DNA of 64,000 nt from Mobula birostris (lineage: Eukaryota), in assembly GCF_030028105.1 (NCBI RefSeq), contig NC_092391.1, positions 15,597,223-15,661,222 of the forward strand, written 5' to 3'. Below, piece after piece: positions 13,380 to 25,434 of the stretch. The notes under the pieces were generated by a model. That model had not been told where the DNA came from and searched no databases. It saw nothing but the letters and a program-made list of their open reading frames with translations. Numbering within the stretch: position 1 is the stretch's first letter; every line of letters starts with the position of its first letter. Both the position numbers and the translations under genes were made by a program.

Positions 13380-13690
13380 CCCCCCCCCAGAAACAGCATC
13401 TATCATGTGTTCTCTTAATAAATGATGATGTATGATAATGACCTACAAAAAATTCAGAGATCGGCTGAAGGTGTATCCAATCAGGACTGAGGCAAGTGAA
13501 CGGGGTGGGGGGGGGGGAGTGCTATATAAACACGAGCACTCCCAGAGAGAAACACCAGCAAATGCGCACTGAGGATGTCACCTTTACTGGAGATGAAACG
13601 TCTGCAAGCTAATTACCAAACTCAGTGGGCATTGCAACTTCAAACCCCTCAACTCGAGCTACCAATATTCACCAGCATTACCACTTGTTT
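13380..13690 (+). mobile_element. Penelope-like pseudo-LTR fragment
   Basis: CCAAT (about 13477) and TATATAAA (about 13523) are followed by a minimal hammerhead motif, the layout known for Penelope pLTRs. Confidence 0.5.
13566..13605 (+). ncRNA. Minimal type-I hammerhead ribozyme motif
   Basis: gca-CTGAGGA-t-gtcacc-tttact-ggagat-GAAA-c-GTC-tgc: 3-bp stem I, CUGANGA and GAAA core, stem II with one mismatch, helix III reduced to ACGU. Confidence 0.62.
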
Positions 13691-13860
13691 GCACTCTTAA
13701 TCTGTGAATCTACATGCCCCTTGGGATGTGGGAGGAACTTGGAGGGAAAGATCACAGGAAGAGTGTGCAATCTCCACACAGACAGATTTCGAGATCAGTA
13801 TCAAAACTCGGTTGGTGGAGCTGAGAGACAACAGCACCATTACACCGTGCTGCCCACAAA
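13690..13860 (-). mobile_element. Degenerate HE1/V-type SINE
   Basis: ttgggatgtgggaggaac...tcacaggaagagtgtgcaatctccacacagaca matches the reverse V-domain seen at 30460-30545. Confidence 0.55.
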
Positions 13861-14084
13861 ATTGTTCTTTCTCTTTTGGAATTGAGCACAGTTCACAACA
13901 GGGAGTGTTAAATCCAACAATTAGATGGGTTAACAGAAAACTCAATTAACAGTAGAAATTAAGAGAAATTATATCACTTTAAGGAGAGATTGCAGGCATG
14001 GGCTCAGTTTTAGCAAAGAATTGTCACATGTAAATAGGTTAAATGGCTTCCCTTGCAACAAACTGCTTTAACAACAGGGACTCG

Positions 14085-15337
14085 TGTAATACTAACCAAC
14101 ACGGTTCAAAACCTGGACTCTGTACTGCCTTTTGCAACTAGGTTTTTGACTTCATCAGGAGACCAGAGTCAGTGTATATCAGAAACAGCATCTCCTCGCT
14201 GACAATCAACACTGAATGTGTGCGTAGCCCACTTCCCTACTTTCTGTACACCCACGATTGTGTGGCTAGGCATAGCTCAGGTCCCAACTATAAATTCATC
14301 AAGGACAGAACTGGTGTTGACAGAATCTCAGGTGGCGACGAGGAGGTGTACAGGAGTGAAATTGGCTGGTTGGGTGGTATCGCAACAACAGCCTTGCGTT
14401 TGTAAGACCAAAACATTGACTGTGGACTTCAGGAAGGGGAAGTCGGGAGAACACACAGCAGTTCCTGCTGAGGGGTCAGCAGTGGAAAGGGTGAGCAGCT
14501 TCAAATTCCTCGGTGTCAACACGATTGAAGATCTATCCTGCACCCAACACCTTGATGCAATTATGAAGAATTGCACCAGCAACTACATTGTAGGAATTTG
14601 AGGTGATTTTCTACATCACCAAAGACTCTGGGAAATTTCTCCGGGTATACCATGAAGACTATTCTGACTGGTCACATCCCTGTCTGGATCGGAGGTGCCA
14701 GTGCAAAGGATCCGAAAGAGCTGCAGTGGTTTGTAAACAACACACATCAAAGTTGCTGGTGAACACAGCAGGCCAGGCAGCATCTCTAGGAAGAGGTGCA
14801 GTCGACGTTTCAGGCCGAGACCCTTCGTGGGCTTCCAGCAAAGGAAACTGGACAATGATCAGATGCCATCTCGGCCTGAAACATCGACTGTACCTCTTCC
14901 TAGAGATGCTGCCTGGCCTGCTGCGTTCACCAGCAACTTTGATGTGTGTTGCTTGAATTTCCAGCATCTGCAGAATTCCTGTTGTTAGTGGTTTGTAAAC
15001 TCAGCCAGCTTTATCATGGGCACTAGATTCCCCAGCATTGAGGACATCTTCGGGGTGATGCCTCCTTCTTTTCAGTACTTCTACCATCAAAGATAAGGTC
15101 AAGAGCCTGCAGATGCGCACTTGGTATTTAGGAATTTCCTTTTCCACACCACCATTCGATTCCTGAATGGTCCATGAACACTACCTCACTGTCCTGCTCT
15201 CTTTTTGTACTAATCATTTATTTCTAATATCTTCTTATTGTAATTGATAGTAATTTTATGTATTGCACTGTACTGCTGCTGCAAAACAACAAATTTCATG
15301 ACAAGCGTCAGTGGTAATAAGCCTGGTTCTAATTCTT
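14085..15337 (+). mobile_element. Rex-Babar LINE 3' part, decayed, carrying a hairpin insertion
   Basis: NSISSLTINT, LYTHDCVARHS, VDFRKGK and VERVSSFKFLGV motifs; (ATTCTG)-like tail. Confidence 0.8.
14739..14986. mobile_element. Palindromic Penelope-derived element with 14-bp TSD
   Basis: 82-bp inverted arms at 14739-14820 and 14869-14950; TSD agtggtttgtaaac at 14725-14738 and 14987-15000. Confidence 0.8.
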
Positions 15338-15536
15338 TTTCAAAGCTGTACATCTTCCACATTGTGAGAGGTGTAATGGCCAAGTTACTCAGACAAGTTT
15401 TGATTCCACTTGTGATGCTTGCAAGATCAAGGAGATCAATGGGGATCGTGGTCATGTTTTTGGCTACTGCTCTTCCTGTAGTGTTGATGAAAAATGCAAA
15501 GATTAATTTTATTGATTATTTTTTTAAGATGAACAC

Positions 15537-15957
15537 GGTTTAGGTCTTTATTCTTCGGAGCATAGAAGGTTGAGGGGGGGACTTGATAGAGGTATTTAAA
15601 ATTATGAGGGGGATAGATAGAGTTGATGTGGATAGGCTTTTTCCATTAAGAGTGGGGAAGATTCAAACAAGAGGACATGAGTTGAGAGTTAAAGAGCAAA
15701 AGTTTAGGGGTAACATGAGGGGGAACTTCTTTACTCAGAAAGTGGTGGCTGTGTGGAACGAGCTTCCAGCAGAAGTGGTTGAGGCAGGTTCGATGTTGTC
15801 GCTTAAAGTTAAATTGGATAGATATATGGACAGGAAAGGAATGGAGGGTTATGGGCTGAGTGCAGGTCGGTGGGACTGGGTGAGAGTAAGAGTTCGGCAT
15901 GGACTAGAAGGGCTGCAATAACCTGTTTCCGTGCTGTACTTGTTATATGGTTATATG
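15537..15957 (+). mobile_element. CR1 3' fragment
   Basis: LRGDLIEVFKIMRGIDRVD..TRGH..NFFTQKVV.VWNELP; (TTATATGG)n tail. Confidence 0.85.
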
Positions 15958-16081
15958 AAGCAGTGACCCACCTTAAGCCTTTTGCAAAGCAAAAGACAAT
16001 GGATGCAAAAAAAAGTTATTCCAGAGATCAGAGCAGCAAATGTTGGAAAAACTGAAGACGTTGAAAATAAGCAAATATAAA

Positions 16082-17890
16082 CACTCAGTGGCTACTTTAT
16101 TAGATACTCCTGTACACTTGTTTGTGAATACAAATATTGAATCAGCCAATCGTATGACAGCAGCTCAATACGTAAAAGCATACAGACATGGTTGTTGTTT
16201 AGACCAAACATCAGTATGGGGACCAAATGTGATCTAAGTGACTTTGACTGTGAAATTATTTTTGGTGCCAGATGGGGTGGTTTGAGTATCAGAATCAGTT
16301 TCAGAATAAGGTTTATTATCACTGGCATATGATGTAAAATTTGTTAACTTAGCAGCAGCAGTTCAATGCAATACATAACCTAGCAGAGAGAAAAAAATAA
16401 ATAAAATAAAAAAAAAATAATAAATAAACAAGTAAATCAATTATGTATGTTGATTTTTTTTTAAATCGTGCAAAAACAGAAATACTGTATATTAGAAAAA
16501 AGTGAGGTAGTGTCCAAAGATTCAATGCCCATTTAGGAATCAGATTCCCCTCGAAGAAGCTGTTCCTGAATCACTGAGTGTGTGCCTTCAGGCTTCTGTA
16601 CCTCCTACCTGATGGTAACAGTGAGAAAAGGGCATGCCCTGAGTGCCAGAGGTCCTTAATAATGGACACTGCCTTTCTGAGACACTGCTCCCTAAAGATG
16701 TCCTGGGTACTTTGTAGGCTAGTACCCAAGATGGAGCTGACTAGATTTACAACCCTCTGCAGCTTCTTTCAGTCCTGGGCAGTAGCCCCTCCATAGCAGA
16801 CAGTGATGCAGCCTGTCAGAATGCTCTCCACGGTACATCAAGAGAAGTTTTTGAGTGTATTTGTGGACATGCCAAATCTCTTCAAACTCCTAATAAAGTA
16901 CAGTTGCTGTCTTGCCTTCTTTATAACTACATGTTGGGACCAGGTTAGATCCTCAGAGATCTTGACATCCAGGAACATGAAACTGCTCACTCTCTCCACT
17001 TCTGATCTCTCTGTGAGGATTGGTACGTGTTCCTTCATCTTACCCTTCCTGAAGGTACACAATCAGCTCTTTTGTCTCACTGACGTTGAGTGCCAGGTTG
17101 TTGCTGCGGCACCATTCCACTAGTTAGCATATTTCACTCCTGTATGCCCCTTCATCACCACCTGAGATTCTACCAACAACGGTTGTGTCGTCAGCAAATT
17201 TATAGATGGTATTTGAGCTATGCCTAGCCACACAATCATGTGTATACAGAGAGTTGATCAGTGGGCTAAGCACATACCCTTGAGGTGCGCCAGTGTTGAT
17301 CGTCAGTGAGGAGGTCGTTATCACCAATCTGCACAGATTGTGGTCTTCCGGTTAGGAAGGTGAGAATACATTGGCAGAGGGAGGTACAGAGGCCCAGGTT
17401 CTGCAGCTTCTCAATCAGGATTGTGAGAATGATGGCATTAAATGCTGAGCTATAATCGATGAACAGCATCCTGACTTAGATGTTTGTGTTGTCCAGGAGA
17501 GCCATTGAGATTGTGTCTGCTATTGACCTCTTGTGGCGATAGGCAAATTGCAATGAGTATCTCAGAAATGGCTGATCTCCTGGGATTTTCACACACAACA
17601 GTCTCTAGAGCTTACGGGGAATGGTGCGATAAACAAAACAAAAACATCCAATGAGGGGCAGTTCTGTGGGTAAAAATGCCTTGTTAATGAGAGAGGTCTG
17701 AAAAGAATGGCCACACTGATTCAAGCTGACAGGAGGGTGACTGTAACTCAAACAACTACACTTTACAACAGTGGTGTTCAGAAGAGCATCTCTGAATGCA
17801 CAACACGTCGAACCTTGATGTGGATGGGATACGGCAGCAGAAGACCTCACCTGATTCCACACCTGTACCTAATACAGTGGCCACTGAGTG
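16082..17890 (+). mobile_element. Tc1 family A copy 2, split by a Rex-Babar insertion
   Basis: TIRs cactcagtggctac and gtggccactgagtg|TA. The transposase remnant resumes at 17554 where it stopped at 16290. Confidence 0.85.
16291..17553 (-). mobile_element. Rex-Babar LINE 3' part with 8-bp TSD
   Basis: [27 protein letters not shown] and ARQQLYFIRSLKRFGM motifs; TSD tgagtatc at 16283-16290 and 17554-17561. Confidence 0.88.
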
Positions 17891-17913
17891 TAATTTCTTA
17901 CATCTAAGTTATT

Positions 17914-18275
17914 CCATAGAAACTATTGAAAAAAAACTACAGCACAGAAACAGGCCCTTTGGCCCTTCTTGGCTGTGCCGAACCATTTTCTGCCTAGTTC
18001 CACTGACCTGCACACGGACCATATCCCTCCATACACCTCCCATCCATGTATCTGTCCAATTTATTCTTAAATGTTAAAAAAGAACCCGCATTTACCACCT
18101 CGTCTGGCAGCTCATTCCATACTCCCACCACCCTCTGTGTGAAGAAGCCCCCCCTAATGTTCCCTTTAAACTTTTCCCCCCTCACCCTTAACCCGTGTCC
18201 TCTGGTTTTTTTTCTCCCCTTGCCTCAGTGGAAAAGCCCGCTTGCATTCACTCTATCTATACCCATCATAATTTT
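17914..18275 (-). mobile_element. CR1 3' fragment
   Basis: FFTQRVVGVWNELP motif and the CR1 3' UTR gggcctgtttctgtgctgt. Confidence 0.82.
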
Positions 18276-18824
18276 CATTTTCTTTTGAGTTTTGGAGAAT
18301 TCAACAATAATAAAACTTGTTGCATTGCAGTGTGGGGAGGGACAGAAATAGTTTAATTGGATATGAAGGAAACAGCAAACCAGTCAATGTTTTAGAAGTG
18401 ACTGGTTAACATTTTAAGGGGAACCCTTCATCAGAGTTCATTGTGTTTCAGCTTCCCATTATTCAGTAGAATAAATGCAGAGAAAGATTAACGTGAATGC
18501 TCTAATTTTGTACCTGAGTATGTGCAAATTAGTCAACGTCTGTTGCAATTAGTGCAGCCTGACGCTTGGTGATTTGATATTTGCAAAGCCAGCATATTTC
18601 AATGAGAGTTTCAAGCTGAATGTTAAACTTGCATTGGCAGAAACTGTAGCTCCAAACATTCCCTTCACGTTTGCCAATCATGTAATGTTTTGTTCCATTC
18701 ACTGTTTGTCCTTGAAATTTAGTAGGTGGCTGCATAAATGGAGGTCTGTTTAACTTGCTGCTGATTTGTGCTGTGCCTAAATCTTATAACTTTACAGCTT
18801 TATCATAGCTACATGCCTGATATT

Positions 18825-19080
18825 CGACATTACAGCGGAATACAGGCCCTTCAGCCCACAATATTGTGCTGACAATTTAACCTACTCTAAGATAAATCTA
18901 ACCCTTCCCTCCTACTTACACCTCCATTTTCTATAACCTATATGTCTAAGAGCTTCTTAAATGTATCTAATTATTTAATGTATCTGCCTCTGACACACCC
19001 TGTGTTAAAGAACTTACCTCTGACATCTCCTTTATACTTTCCACCAATCACCTTAAAATTATGCTCCTCATATTAGCCAT
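18825..19080 (-). mobile_element. Degenerate CR1 3' fragment
   Basis: Reverse of the CR1 3' UTR (acaggcccttcagcccacaat). Confidence 0.6.
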
Positions 19081-19411
19081 TAGAAGATTAAAATGTGTGG
19101 AATCTGCAGTGAACTAGCCTTTTGGACACAGAAGACAGACGGTAGTGGTTGAAGGGACTTTTTTGAGCTGCAGGTCTGTAATTAGTGGTGTTCCTCAGCT
19201 GTTTGTGCTGGGACCTCTGCTGTTTGTGATGTCTATAAATGACCTGGATGAAAATGTAGACGGATGGGTTAGTAAGTTTGAGGATGAAACTGAGACTGGT
19301 GGAGTGTGGACAGTGCAGAAGACTGGAAGAGGATACAGCACAATATAGTTCTGTTTCAGATATGGGCAGAGAAATGGCAGGTGGAGATTAACCCAGATAA
19401 CTGTGAAGTGT

Positions 19412-19972
19412 GCGCAGCCCTCCGGTGAAAAATGATATTGTATCCGTTAAATAGGGGCCGTGGACAATTCTGATTTGATGGACACAGACCTGAAAGCACA
19501 GAGGAACATCTGGAGAAATTTCTGAAACGCCAGTTGGCTGCTGTTGTTGCTGCGGGATTGGGAAACTTTCGGAGGGAAGGCCTCAAAATCCCCGGCTTTG
19601 CCTGCTGTTGGCGACCGAGATTGAGGTCGAATCGTTCGGATACTCGGTGTCGGAGAGCTGATTGGAGGCTCGAAGTTTTCGGATGACTCAGAGTCGGACT
19701 GTGGTCGGGCATGCCAGGGAGAGTTTTTCTTCCTTCTCCCATCTGCGTGAGATGTGGGACATTTGAGAGACTTTAAACTTTTTACTGTGCTCATGGACTT
19801 CTTCATCAAGTTATAGTATTGTTGCACTGTTGTAACTATATGTTATAATTATGTGGTTTTGTTAGTTTTTTTCTGTGTTTTGTGATATCACACTGGAGGA
19901 AATATTGTATCATTTCTTAATGCATGCATTACTAAATGACAATAAAAGAGGACTGCGTGTCTTCATAATCTA
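19412..19972 (+). mobile_element. (TAATC)-tail non-autonomous element, copy 2 (variant subfamily)
   Basis: Collinear with 28452-29107; probable TSD aagtgt at 19406-19411 and 19979-19984. Confidence 0.8.
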
Positions 19973-20020
19973 AATAAAAAGTGTTGTAGCTTGGTAGGGC
20001 AAATGCAAGGAGACAGTACA

Positions 20021-20958
20021 TCTCCAAGTTTGCGTATGACACGAAGCTGGGCGGCAGTGTTAGCTGTGAGGAAGATGCTAAGAGGATGCAGGGTGACTTG
20101 GATAGGTTGGGTGAGTGGGCAAATTCATGGCAGATGCAAATTAATGTGGATAAATGTGAGGTTATCCACTTTGGTGGCAAAAACAGGAAAACAGATTATA
20201 ATCTGAATGGTGACCGATTAGGAAAAGGGGAGGTGCAACGAGACCTGGATGTCATTGTACACCAGTCATTGAAAGTGGGCATGCAGGTACAGCAGGTGGT
20301 GAAAAAGGCGAATGGTATGCTGGCATTCATAGCAAGAGGATTCAAGTACAGGAGCAGGGAGGTACTACTGCAGTTGTACAAGGCCTTGGTGTACACCTGG
20401 AGTATTGTGTGCAGTTTTGGTCCCCTAATCTGAGGAAAGACATCCTTGGCATAGAGAGAGTACAAAGAAGCTTCACCAGATTAATTCTTGGAATGGCAGG
20501 ACTTTCATATGATGGAAGACTGGATCAACTAGGCTTGTACTCATTGGAATTTAGAAGATTGAGGGGGGATCTTATTGAAACGTATAAAATCCTAAAGGGA
20601 TTGGACAGGCTAGATGCAGGAAGATTGTTTCTGATGTTGGGGAAGTCCAGAATGAGGGGTCACAGTTTGAGGATAAAGGGGAAGCCTTTTAGGACCGAGA
20701 TTAGGAAAAACTTCTTCACACAGAGAGTGGTGAATCTGTGGAATTCTCTGCCACAGGAAACAGTTGAGGCCAGTTCATTGGCTATATTTAAGAGGGAGTT
20801 AGATATGGCCCTTGTGGCTAAAGGGATCAGGGGGTATGGAGGGAAGGCTGGTACAGGGTTCTGAGTTGGATGATCAGCCATGATCATACTGAATGGCAGT
20901 GCAGGCTCGAAGGGCTGAATCGCCTACTCCTGCACCTATTTTCTATGTTTCTATGTTT
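20021..20958 (+). mobile_element. Second, younger CR1 3' fragment
   Basis: ORFs 20086-20433 and 20409-20864 (KCEVIHFG, KKANGMLAFI, LRGDLIETYKI); (TTTCTATG)n tail. Confidence 0.88.
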
Positions 20959-21863
20959 CAGATATGGGCAGAGAAATGGCAGTTGGAGTTTAACCCAGAT
21001 AAATGTGAAGTAAATACAAGGAGACAGTACACTGTTAAGGACAAGACCCTTAACAGTGTTGCTGAGCAGAGAGATCTTCAGATCTAAGCTCCTTGAAAGT
21101 GGCTACACAGGTCGATAAGGTGGTTAAGAAGGCTTATGGAATGCTTGCTTTTATTAGTGGAGGCATTGAGTTCAAACATCAAAAGGTTGTGTTGCAACTT
21201 TATAAGCCTCTGTTTAGGCCATATCTGGAGTACTGGTTGCCCCTTTATAGGAAGGATGTTGAGGCTTTTGAGAGAGTGTAGAGAATGTCTGGTTCAGAGG
21301 GCATGGGCTACCATGCGAGGCTGGATAAACTTGGGTTGTTTTCTCTGGGGCGCCAGAGGCTGAGAGGAGATATGACAGAGGTTTACAAGACTATAAGAGG
21401 CACAGATAGAGTGGGCAGAGAGCATCTGTTTCCTGGGGTTGAGATGTCTAATACCAGAGGCCATGCGTTGAAGGTGAGAGGGGATAGATTCAAGAGGGAT
21501 TTGAGGTTTAATTTCTTTACTCCGAGAGTGGTGGTTGCCTGAAATGCACTGCCTGGCATGGTGGTAGAGACAAATACATTGGAGGCTTTTAAGAGACGTT
21601 GGATAGGCACATGGATGTAAGGAAGATGGTGGGATAAGGACATGGTGTAGGTAGGAGGGATTCGTCTTTGGCTATTTTTGATTTGCCCTTTAGCTGGTTC
21701 GGCACCACTGTTTATACCGAATGACCTGTTGCAGTATTGTTTTATGTTCTATGTTCTATTTCCACTCTATCTATGCCCCTTATCATCATCTACACCTCTA
21801 AGAAGGCTCCTCTCATCCTCCTTCGCTCCAACTGCACCAGTTATTCTCATGTCAGTTGTAGCA

Positions 21864-23790
21864 CTGAATTGACTTTATTTCTTACATCTTCCATATGCAT
21901 GAGGAGAAAAAAGTCTTTACGTTACGTCTCCATCTGAAGGTGCAATGTGCAAATTATAGTAATTTATAATAAATAGTATAGTTTAGAAATACAACTGTGT
22001 CATCATAAATTAATCAGTCTGATGCCTGTTGGTCCTGGCTTTAATGCTGTGGTACCATTTCCCAGATGGTAGCAACTGGAACAGTTTGTGGTTGGGGTGA
22101 CTTGGGTCCCCAATGATCTTTTGGCCCTTTTTACACACCTGTCACTGTAAATGTTCTGAATAGTGGGAAGTTCACACCTACAAACGTGCTGGGCTGTCTG
22201 CACCACTCTCTGCAGAGTCCTGCGATTGAGGGAAGTACAGTTTCCATACCAGGCAGTGATGCAACTGGTCAGGATGCTCTCAGTTGTGCCCCTGTAGAAA
22301 GTCCTTAGGATTTGGGGACTCATGCCAAACTTCTTCAAATGTCTGAGGTGAAAGAGGTGCTATTGTGCTTTTTTCACCACACATAGGTAGGTACAGACCA
22401 AGTGAGGTCCTCAGTGATGCGTATACCGAGGAACTTGAAGCTTTTCACCCTCTCAATCCCCGATTCATTGATGTCAATAGGGGTGAGCCTGTCTCTGTTC
22501 CTCCTGTATTCCACAACCAGCTCCTTTGTTTTTGCGACATTAAGGGAGAGGTTGTTTTCTTGACATCGCTGTGTCAGAGAGATGACTTCTCCTCTGTAGG
22601 CTGCCTTGTTATTACTTGAGATAAGGCCAATCAATGTAGAATCTGCAAATTTAATTAGCAGATTAGAGCAGTGGGTGGTGACACAGTCATGGATGTACAA
22701 AGAGTAAAGGAGGGGGCTTAGGACACAGCCCTGAGGGGCAACTGTGTTGAGAGTCAGAGGGGCAGAGGTGAGGGAGCCCACCTCTTACCACCTGTCAATG
22801 ATCTGATAGGAAGTCCAGGATCCAGCTGCACAAGGCAGGGTGAGGGCCGAGGTCTCTGAGCTTCTTGTCGAGCCTGGATGGAACTATGGTGTCGAATGCT
22901 GAACTGTAGTCCAAGAACAGCATTCTCACATAAGCATCCCTCTTCTCCAGGTGGGTAAGGACAGTGTGTAGATCTGTGGCTATTGTGTCATCTGTTGATC
23001 GGTTGTGTCGATAGGCTAATTGTAGGGGTCCAGTGTGGGTGGCAGCACGCTGCAGATGTAATCCTTGACCAGCCTCTCAGAGCATTTGCTTATCATTGAG
23101 GTGAGTGTGACAGGACGCCAGTCGTTCAGACATGTTACCTTGGTCTTTTTGGGTACAAGACAAATGGTGGATGTTTTGAAGCAGGAAGGCACTCTACACT
23201 GGGAGAGGGAGAGATTAGAAATGTCTGTAACCACACCTGCCAGTTGCACCGCGCACATCCCGAGTACCCGCCCTGGGGTGCCGCCCGGTCCCGCAGCCTT
23301 GCGACTGTCCACTCGTTGGAAGCACCTGCGTACCTCAGCCTCAGAGATGTCACCAAGGTGCAGGTCGCATCAGTGGCTCTCCTCAGGGGCTCGGTGTAGG
23401 CAACATCGAACCAAGCTTTAAAAAAAAGATTTAACTCATCTGGGAGAAAGGCAGCAATGTTGGAAACACCACTGCGTTTAGCTTTGAAGTCTGCAAAGGT
23501 GTACAGACGTTGCCATAAGCTGCGTGTGTTGTTGGTGGAGAGTTGTGTCTGGATCTTGTCCCTGTATTGTCGTTTAGCTGCCTTGATGCCTTTGTGTAGA
23601 TCGTAGCTGCTTTTCTTGAGTTCCTGGTGATTCCCGGCAGCGAAAGCTCCGTCTCGATGAGTGAGTGCAGCCCGCACGGAACAGTTGATCCAGAGTTTAT
23701 GGTTTGGATAGACCCTGACCGATTTTTGGGGGACAATGTCCTTGATGTACTTCTCGTGTCCCCTTCTCTGTTACAGAGCAAAACTCAAAT
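21864..23790 (-). mobile_element. Rex-Babar LINE, long RT-bearing fragment
   Basis: [38 protein letters not shown] and NLSLNVAKTKELVV motifs; (TTCAA)-like tail. Confidence 0.88.
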
Positions 23791-24430
23791 AGAACCTACT
23801 TTTGACATTCCACCTACACATCGAAGGGAGACTTGGGGTATTGCCTTTATAAAGACCAAGCTAAACAGCCAGCCAGCACAATCAGACATTAACAAGAGCA
23901 TTATCTGGTCCAACATTTTCCAGTCAGAACACGGTATTTATCGTATCATGTGCTCAATACTTTAAATATCTCCTTAATATTGTACCATGGTTTGCTGGAT
24001 TCTGAATGCTCTTACACCACCACCTCTCTCCCAAGCACACAAACTCACACATACCAGGCGTGCACAGGAACATAACAGGCACCACACACTTTCTTATTTT
24101 TGTCCTTTGGCCTCGTCCCGCGGAGTTGGACGTGAAACCTCTAGTTTGATAGCACGGACTTGGTACTATCTTGCATTTTCATTTTGACACAGCTGGTGGT
24201 AATTTCTTATATCTGGAAATTGCTGACTAAGGTAACTTCATGGCTTTCTTTTTTTGCTCACTTGCACACAATGGGCATTCCAGTATAATATCTGTATACA
24301 GAAACTAGGCTTACTGATGTTGAGACCTGTCTTAAGGCTGAATAAGGCACTGTCATGCAATATGGGAAGACATTTCACTCCAGCTTTTGAATGCATTCGC
24401 TTGGCAGCTCCACATTATCCGTCACCAGAA

Positions 24431-24871
24431 TAACATAGAATAGTACAGCACAGTACAGGCCCTTCGGCCCACAATGTTGTGCTGACCCTCAAACCCTGCC
24501 TCCCATATAATCCCCCACCATGAATTCCTCCATATACCTGTCTAGTAGTCTCTTAAACTTCACGAGTGTATCTGCCTCCACCACTGACTCAGGCAGTGCA
24601 TTCCACACACCAACCACTCTCTGAGTAAAAAACCTTCCTCTAATATCCCCCTTGAACTTCCCACCCCTTACCTTAAAGCCATGTCCTCTTGTATTGAGCA
24701 GTGGTGCCCTGGGGAAGAGGCGCTGGCTATCCACTCTATCTATTCCTCTTATTATCTTGTACACCTCTATCATGTCTCATCTCATCCTCCTCCTCTCCAA
24801 AGAGTAAAGCCCTAGCTCCCTTAATCTCTGATCATTATGCATACTCTCTAAACCAGGCAGCATCCTGGTAA
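24431..24871 (-). mobile_element. CR1 3' fragment
   Basis: IEVYKIIRGIDRVDSQRLFP..FFTQRVVGVWNALP. Confidence 0.88.
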
Positions 24872-25434
24872 AAAAAATAAGAAGAATCTGAAATCGTTTA
24901 TCTGCAATTGTGCACAGAGCAATAAATTTGGGCTGAGGTTTTTAAAATAAGCACTAGATGGCGGTAGAGCACCAGGAACAATGAACTATGTATTTCACTA
25001 TCGAAGGATTTCTGTAAGATGTTCAAGCTATATATCCTGCCAAATTACATTTTGTTACCACTTGGAGTGATCTCTATCACCACCTCCTTACAATCAATAG
25101 AAATTTTCTTCAACCTCTAGGTGCAATTCTCTATCAGTGGAGGATTAGTTAATCAGACAGTGCATGGTGCTCTCTCTGCAGACAGTGCTTTGAGTATTAT
25201 TGAATGTTTCAGCCACTGCACTGTTTCCTGAGTTCTCTAATTCTTTCTCACCCATAGCGAACTCCAGCAATGCAGCAGCTGCATGCTGTTGACACAAGCT
25301 GAAACACCTCCCTGCAAAAATTTAACACTGTTTTGAGGATAAAATTCTCATTTCCCTTTCCAGCCCCAAATCTTCCCAATGCATTTTGCACGTGCCCGAC
25401 TCCCCACTTATGCTAACTCGATAGGCCAAATAAT

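Larger units (their letters stand above)
19085..21757 (+). mobile_element. CR1 3' half hosting two nested insertions
   Basis: SGVPQ..VLGPLLFV..INDLDE, QVDKVVKKAYGMLAFI and TRGHALKV motifs; (TTCTATG)n tail at about 21745-21757. Confidence 0.82.
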
